Source: a virus (Duplodnaviria; Heunggongvirae; Uroviricota; Caudoviricetes). Taken from it: DNA of 64,000 nucleotides. Where the stretch lies: IMG/VR virus record IMGVR_UViG_3300026549_001031. One strand, 5' to 3'. The notes beneath the pieces were generated by a model that saw only the letters and a list, made by a program, of their open reading frames with translations, did no database searches and was not told the DNA's origin. The position numbers and the translations under genes are program-made. Below, in pieces: positions 58,754-64,000 of this stretch. Within the stretch, counting starts at the first letter, position 1. The number at the start of each line of letters is the position of its first letter.

Positions 58754-59539
58754 ATGAGTAACACAGAGGTTGGTTTGGGTAATGACAATGGAATTGAACA
58801 GCTTCAGCATATGATTGATGAAGCTAATCATATTGTATTCTTTGGTGGTGCAGGAACTTCAACAGATAGCGGCTTACCAGATTTTAGAGGGGCAAATGGT
58901 TTATACAAAGGAGCAAATTCACCTGAAGAGATACTTAGTCATGGATACTATGTTAAGCATACAAAAGACTTCTTTGACTTTTACAGAGAGAATATGATCT
59001 TTGATGGAAAAGCAAAACCTACAGAAATTCATGAGAAGCTTGTTGTTCTTGAGAAAAAGCATAAGTTAGATGCAATAATCACTCAGAATATAGATAGTTT
59101 ACATCAGATGGCAGGTAGTAAGAATGTGATTGAACTTCATGGGACATCAGCAACTAACACATGTCGTAGATGTAAAGCTAAATATACAGCTAAATGGATG
59201 TTGGGTACAAAGAATATACCTAGATGCACACAGCTAGTTGATGGACCTGGAGGACAAAAGGTTGCATGTGGTGGAATCGTTAAGCCTGATATAGTATTGT
59301 ATGGGGAAAAACTTCCTGTCAGGGCTTTGAATAAGGCATACATGGCAGTTAAGGGTGCAGATCTTATGATTGTAGCTGGTACATCATTGGTGGTTTATCC
59401 TGCAGCAGGGTTAGTAAGCGAGCTTAGTGAAGACTGTAAGCTGATCGTTATAAATAATGACAAGACAGGGGTGGATGAGGCTGCTGATCTGGTAATTCAT
59501 GGAAATATACTCAATGTGTTTAAGCAGTTAGAGGTTTAA
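58754..59539 (+). CDS. cobB: Sir2-family NAD-dependent deacylase
   Basis: GAGTSTDSGLPDFRG, ITQNID, ELHG, CxxC, KPDIVLYGE, GTSLVVYPA. Confidence 0.92.
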   Translation: MSNTEVGLGNDNGIEQLQHMIDEANHIVFFGGAGTSTDSGLPDFRGANGLYKGANSPEEILSHGYYVKHTKDFFDFYRENMIFDGKAKPTEIHEKLVVLEKKHKLDAIITQNIDSLHQMAGSKNVIELHGTSATNTCRRCKAKYTAKWMLGTKNIPRCTQLVDGPGGQKVACGGIVKPDIVLYGEKLPVRALNKAYMAVKGADLMIVAGTSLVVYPAAGLVSELSEDCKLIVINNDKTGVDEAADLVIHGNILNVFKQLEV

Positions 59540-59642
59540 TAACATGATAAACTTGGTAAGAAATGGGGCATGGTTGACATGTCCTATTTTTGTGCATTAT
59601 TATATAGTGTGGTAAATAATAATTTTAGTTAGGAGTAGAAAA

Positions 59643-60911
59643 ATGAGGAAAAAAGTAAAGTACATTGTAGGTGGAGTAGTTGCATTGGTAATTTTATGTG
59701 GATCAATTCCATTAGTAAATGTCACACATAAATATAATGCAGGAATTGTAAACGCAGCAGTTAATGGGAACAATGAGACAGTTGGAAAGAGCATTGATGA
59801 AGTAAGTGGCATTATTTCAGCAAGTGAATTGCATAGACTTGGAGACCTTGACATTTCAGGTGCAGTTAGTTTGGATGTTGATACATCACCTATTGAAAGC
59901 TTAAGCCTCATTGAATACATGACTACAGATAATGTAGAGTGTACATATAAAACAAATGTTAACTACAATAAGTTAAAAGAAATCATAAAAGATTATAATA
60001 AGTCACAGAAGAAGAGTACAAATGCAACATATAAAAGAACAGAGGATGGACATTTTGAAGTAGTTGCAGAAAAGAAAGGAACAGTGATTGACAGTAAAAA
60101 GTTGATCTCACATATCAAAGAAAATGGTTTAGACAATATTGAATTAAGTGATTACATTAAGGAACCAAAGGTCACTACATCTGATATGAAAAAGATTGTG
60201 AAAAAGGCAAATAAGGTGCTTGATTGGAAAGCAACATATACAGATGGAAACACCTATACAGTACCAAGTGATAGTGTCACAATTACAACAGGTGGGGCAG
60301 TTGAGATTGATTACAGCTTCGTAGATGATATTGTAAAGTCATTAGAAAAGACATATGATAATGTAGGAGCAGCTAGAAAGTTTAAAACACACAGTGGAAA
60401 GAAAGTGAAAGTAACAGGTGGTACATGGGGAACAATCATGGATTCTGCTAAAGAGAAAGATATGCTTATGTTGAGCGTTCATACAAATGATGACCTTAAT
60501 AATAGGACACCTTATATGAAGCAGGATTACACTGATATTGGAGATACATACATTGAGGTAAGTATAAGTAATCAGCATGTATGGGTTTATAAAGATGGTA
60601 AACAGATTATGGACAGTGCATGTGTGACAGGTAATTCAAATAAAGGACATGACACACCTAAGGGTACATATTTCATTTCTGAAAGAGTGAATGGTAAGTA
60701 CTTAACAGGAGATAACTATAAGACATGGGTAAATAAGTGGATGCGTCTGACAAATACAGGTGTGGGCTTACATGATGCTTATTGGAGATACTCGTTTGGA
60801 GGACAGATATACAAGAGCAATGGTTCACATGGATGTATCAATCTTCCTAAAGACTTTGCATATAAGTTATATGATAAGACATATGTGGGTATGCCTGTAA
60901 TTGTATATTAG
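59643..60911 (+). CDS. L,D-transpeptidase with peptidoglycan-binding region
   Basis: N-terminal TM; YIEVSISNQH, VTG, TPKG, GLHDA, GSHGCINL. Confidence 0.9.
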   Translation: MRKKVKYIVGGVVALVILCGSIPLVNVTHKYNAGIVNAAVNGNNETVGKSIDEVSGIISASELHRLGDLDISGAVSLDVDTSPIESLSLIEYMTTDNVECTYKTNVNYNKLKEIIKDYNKSQKKSTNATYKRTEDGHFEVVAEKKGTVIDSKKLISHIKENGLDNIELSDYIKEPKVTTSDMKKIVKKANKVLDWKATYTDGNTYTVPSDSVTITTGGAVEIDYSFVDDIVKSLEKTYDNVGAARKFKTHSGKKVKVTGGTWGTIMDSAKEKDMLMLSVHTNDDLNNRTPYMKQDYTDIGDTYIEVSISNQHVWVYKDGKQIMDSACVTGNSNKGHDTPKGTYFISERVNGKYLTGDNYKTWVNKWMRLTNTGVGLHDAYWRYSFGGQIYKSNGSHGCINLPKDFAYKLYDKTYVGMPVIVY

Positions 60912-60913
60912 TA

Positions 60914-60942
60914 TTGACTTCTACATTTGTTTGTGGTATAAT
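60914..60942 (+). promoter_or_regulatory. SigA-type promoter
   Basis: TTGACT-17 bp-TATAAT with extended TG. Confidence 0.7.
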
Positions 60943-60991
60943 TTATATAGGGAGTGGAGAAAATATAATCAATAGATAAAAACAGGGAGGC

Positions 60992-61333
60992 ATGTTTGGA
61001 ATGAAATTAGCAAAGGTAAAGGGAACATGTATAAAGCTAGTAAGGACTGTAAACTATGGTGATAGCGTTACAGACAGATATGTATGTGAGTACACATATG
61101 AATATAATGGTAAATCCTTTTATTCTCATTATTGTCAACATACTAATGATAAAAGGACATTCATAGATGATGTAGCTCCTAAGGTTGGCAAAGAGTATAC
61201 ATTGTATATAGATGAGAGTGACCCTGAACATGTGGTGTTCAGGCCATTTGCATATGTGCAGTGGTTGGGTAGTTTAGCAGTAGGAGTAATTGCTGCAGTG
61301 GTTATAGGCATAGCAATAGCAGCAATTAGCTAG
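60992..61333 (+). CDS. DUF3592-like membrane protein
   Basis: YTYEYNGKSF, VGKEYTLYIDESDP, C-terminal TM. Confidence 0.6.
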   Translation: MFGMKLAKVKGTCIKLVRTVNYGDSVTDRYVCEYTYEYNGKSFYSHYCQHTNDKRTFIDDVAPKVGKEYTLYIDESDPEHVVFRPFAYVQWLGSLAVGVIAAVVIGIAIAAIS

Positions 61334-61372
61334 AAATAAATAGTTGCAATTTGTAATATAGGAGGTAATGTC

Positions 61373-62053
61373 ATGGCAAAGAATTATATGATCATTGGAA
61401 TTAGTTACGATTGGATAAGAAAGGTATATACCTGGCGTACAGACTATATGACAAGAAAAATGTTTATACATAGGATTGCAATTAACTCAACTTATGCTAA
61501 AGATGATTCAATACTCGCTAAAAGATTGTCAGGCTTTAGTACTGTAGAGTTAGACATGATTCTGAACAAGGCTATTGAGTATGACTACCATAAATCAGGT
61601 TATATACTCGTGACTAAAATAAAAGATATCATTAGCGAAGTTGACATTAACAGTATGGTGACAGAGATAGAGTCTGAAAGACTTAGGATTTTAGAGCATA
61701 AGGCAAGAGTAAAAGCTAAAATTGCAGCAGAACAAAGATCACAGCAAAGTGAGTTTAGGAGAGGACCTGTGGCATACGCAAGTCATACAAAGTATAGTAA
61801 ATACTTTAGAAACCCTAGACTTGGCAGAGTAAAGAGGCAGGGTTCAATTGTGGAATACAAGGAGTTTATGACACCTGACATGAGTTATAAAAACTTACCT
61901 TGCTTTGATGATAGAAAGAGACATTACGATAAAAGTTGGAAATCATCTTATAAAGTAAAGAAGCAATGGATGAAACATCAGGACAGACATATAGATACTT
62001 ATGACAGTTCAGTAAAAAGAGTTGATTTATTTAAGGATTTGGAGGCAAGTTGA
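61373..62053 (+). CDS. Basic hypothetical protein
   Basis: AGGAGG RBS; KSWK...KKQWMKH. Confidence 0.6.
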   Translation: MAKNYMIIGISYDWIRKVYTWRTDYMTRKMFIHRIAINSTYAKDDSILAKRLSGFSTVELDMILNKAIEYDYHKSGYILVTKIKDIISEVDINSMVTEIESERLRILEHKARVKAKIAAEQRSQQSEFRRGPVAYASHTKYSKYFRNPRLGRVKRQGSIVEYKEFMTPDMSYKNLPCFDDRKRHYDKSWKSSYKVKKQWMKHQDRHIDTYDSSVKRVDLFKDLEAS

Positions 62054-62589
62054 TTATGTTAAAGATCATACTTGGTAGTGATTATGCAGAGGAAAAATTA
62101 GGAATACACGTAATGTATGGCATTGAGAGTGTATTTAAGGCATCTAAAAAGAAAGAATGGTTCAGAGATGACTTCGTTAAGAAAATAATTTCAGACATTG
62201 ATAATGCAGATGTCATACTTGACTTTTCCATATACAGTAGAATGTATGAGACTGGGTACAGTGTAGATAGTTTATCTGCAGGTGCAATGTCACTTATTAT
62301 GGCATATGAGAAACCTGAACTTAACATAGTACTTAGAATGGGAGACAATTGTACTGACTTATTAGAGCAAATAGTAAGTAAGTATGACAAGCAGGGAAAA
62401 GACATTACAATTATATGTAATTACATGCATATGTTTAACTTCAAATACATTGATAAAATAGAGTATGTAAATTGGGGAATCACCTGTAAATCTAGAGCAG
62501 ACATTGTTAATAAGGTGATGGACAAATGGTATAAGCAGGAGAATCCAGATTGGGATCAAAAGAAAAGAGAGGATAGCAGTAATGATTGA
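62050..62589 (+). CDS. DUF4869-like protein
   Basis: EWFRDDFVKKIISDID, LSAG, MGDNC. Confidence 0.65.
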   Translation: MIMLKIILGSDYAEEKLGIHVMYGIESVFKASKKKEWFRDDFVKKIISDIDNADVILDFSIYSRMYETGYSVDSLSAGAMSLIMAYEKPELNIVLRMGDNCTDLLEQIVSKYDKQGKDITIICNYMHMFNFKYIDKIEYVNWGITCKSRADIVNKVMDKWYKQENPDWDQKKREDSSND

Positions 62590-63664
62590 GTTAGAGTTAA
62601 ATAAGATAATTGGAGACATTACAGCATCTTTTAAGACAGAGTTAAAATATAGAATAAACATTGTTACAGGTGAGTCAGCATCTGGTAAATCTTTTCTTGT
62701 GCAGGGATTCAGAGAAGCAATAAACCTTACTGGAACTTGGGAGTACAGCTGTAATAAAGAGGTTGTACTTATACAGGATGTAAGTGCACTTCAGGTAATG
62801 TTGCAGAGCAAAAAGGATTGTTTGTTTATCATTGATGAGGATACACTTGACACAGTGAGATCAAATAGAGTATCAGTATCAATGAGGGATATCATTAAAT
62901 CACATAATTACTTCTTATTGTTTGATAGACAGTCATCAATTAAAATAGAGTGTGACGTAAAGGCAGTTTATGCATTGACTAGCAATAAGGAGAATGAGCA
63001 TGTAACATACAGCTTGGATCCTTATTTTAAGTTAGGGGACACAGGAGATATTGATGTTAGCAAGTATAAATATTTGATAACAGAGGATTCAATGTCAGGA
63101 AAGACATTCTTTAAGAAGTTGTTGCATAAACTTGAGGTTGTAGACTTAAATGGAGATGGTAGTGGAGCATTAGCAAAGACAATTACACCTGAATTATTAA
63201 AGGATGGTGTAGTGATTGCATTAGATTATGATTGTGGAGCAGTTGCTTTACAGAGTATACTTCATAAATGTAAGGAAAATGGTTGGTCAGGTACAGCAGG
63301 GTTAATACCTATGGAATGCTTTGAAGAAATTGTTTGTAACTCAGATTTCATATTGGATGCATTTCCTGAAATGAGAGATAAGGTAATAAATTATGAGAAG
63401 TACTTATCAGCTGATGATAAACATACAGGTAAATATTTTGCAAGGCTTCTAAAAGAATATGTAAAGCAGAGACCTCCTGTAGAGACACATAGTGATAGGA
63501 ATGTGGAGAAATTTTATTCTAAAGGAGCAGGTCATATTGAGAATTGTTTAACAGAAGATTGTTGTAAATACAATAAAGAAGATGAGTGTAGACTCTATGT
63601 AAATGGAGATAAGCAGGATAAGATGTTAAGTAATAAATTTGATTGGTTAAATGCCTTCAGATAA
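62582..63664 (+). CDS. P-loop protein with TOPRIM-like C-terminal part (DUF4869 partner)
   Basis: INIVTGESASGKS, FIIDED, ITEDSMSG, ECFEE. Confidence 0.6.
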   Translation: MIELELNKIIGDITASFKTELKYRINIVTGESASGKSFLVQGFREAINLTGTWEYSCNKEVVLIQDVSALQVMLQSKKDCLFIIDEDTLDTVRSNRVSVSMRDIIKSHNYFLLFDRQSSIKIECDVKAVYALTSNKENEHVTYSLDPYFKLGDTGDIDVSKYKYLITEDSMSGKTFFKKLLHKLEVVDLNGDGSGALAKTITPELLKDGVVIALDYDCGAVALQSILHKCKENGWSGTAGLIPMECFEEIVCNSDFILDAFPEMRDKVINYEKYLSADDKHTGKYFARLLKEYVKQRPPVETHSDRNVEKFYSKGAGHIENCLTEDCCKYNKEDECRLYVNGDKQDKMLSNKFDWLNAFR

Positions 63665-63687
63665 ATAAAAGGAAAGAGAGAAAAATA

Positions 63688-64000
63688 ATGATTGACTTAA
63701 AGAAAGCAAAGGTTGTACTTTTTGATTTTGATGACACATTGTGTTTGCACCCACAGCATAGAAAAGATACACAGGTAGAACATGAGAAGTTCATGAGTGA
63801 TAATGTGTTTACTTCTGGGGATTTTACAGAAACATGGGATGATACAAAGATAAGCACTACAATGGACAGGTTCATGCATAAATGTAATGAGTTAGGACTT
63901 GAACTTGGTTTAGTTTCAAGCGTTGAAAATTATAGGGTAGCAAAGAATAAGGTGAGATGGGTCAAGGCAGTTTATGGCTTGAAGCTTAGAAATTATTGTA
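63688..64000 (+). CDS. HAD-family hydrolase, 3'-truncated by window edge (not in ORF track)
   Basis: MIDLKKAKVVLFDFDDTLC (motif I); frame stays open to the window end. Confidence 0.7.
   Translation, partial: MIDLKKAKVVLFDFDDTLCLHPQHRKDTQVEHEKFMSDNVFTSGDFTETWDDTKISTTMDRFMHKCNELGLELGLVSSVENYRVAKNKVRWVKAVYGLKLRNYC

Noticed and set aside
1187-63879. Many short minus-strand and nested alternative-frame ORFs in the track
   Set aside because: They are shadows of long + strand genes, with low-complexity Ser/Leu/Phe-rich translations and no RBS.
1-64000. Stop-codon reassignment as seen in some gut jumbo phages
   Set aside because: Conserved genes are full length under code 11 and TAA, TAG and TGA all act as stops; the tRNA is Gln(UUG), not a suppressor.

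Overview
AT-rich 64 kb segment with essentially all genes on the + strand. It most likely comes from a very large extrachromosomal element (jumbo phage or megaplasmid) of a Clostridia/Lachnospiraceae-like host; this is inferred from gene content, and no virion or T4SS core genes are visible here. Replication/DNA metabolism genes: SF2 helicase (partial), DnaC-like ATPase, type IIA topoisomerase B and A subunits separated by three genes, DnaB-like helicase, RuvC-like nuclease, ParB-HNH, two separated degenerate LigA-like pieces, and a DEDDh exonuclease. Translation/quality-control kit: IF-3, SmpB, tmRNA, tRNA-Gln, an S1-domain protein and a Clp ATPase. Other genes include envelope enzymes (C39/lysozyme/NlpC-P60, L,D-transpeptidase, MscS), a GGDEF cyclase, Sir2 and HAD phosphatases. 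Three features stand out. (1) An unnamed ~70-aa module is repeated in at least 7 proteins and, as a tandem pair, forms the shared N-terminus of the genes in a LRR / unknown / metallopeptidase-vWA / MoxR-AAA operon (23046-31278). (2) A ~650-nt, highly paired, probably pseudoknotted non-coding RNA lies inside a tRNA-ncRNA-small ORF-tmRNA transcript. (3) Two non-coding repeat arrays have ~21-bp phasing. All calls are by eye from motifs; no searches were run.
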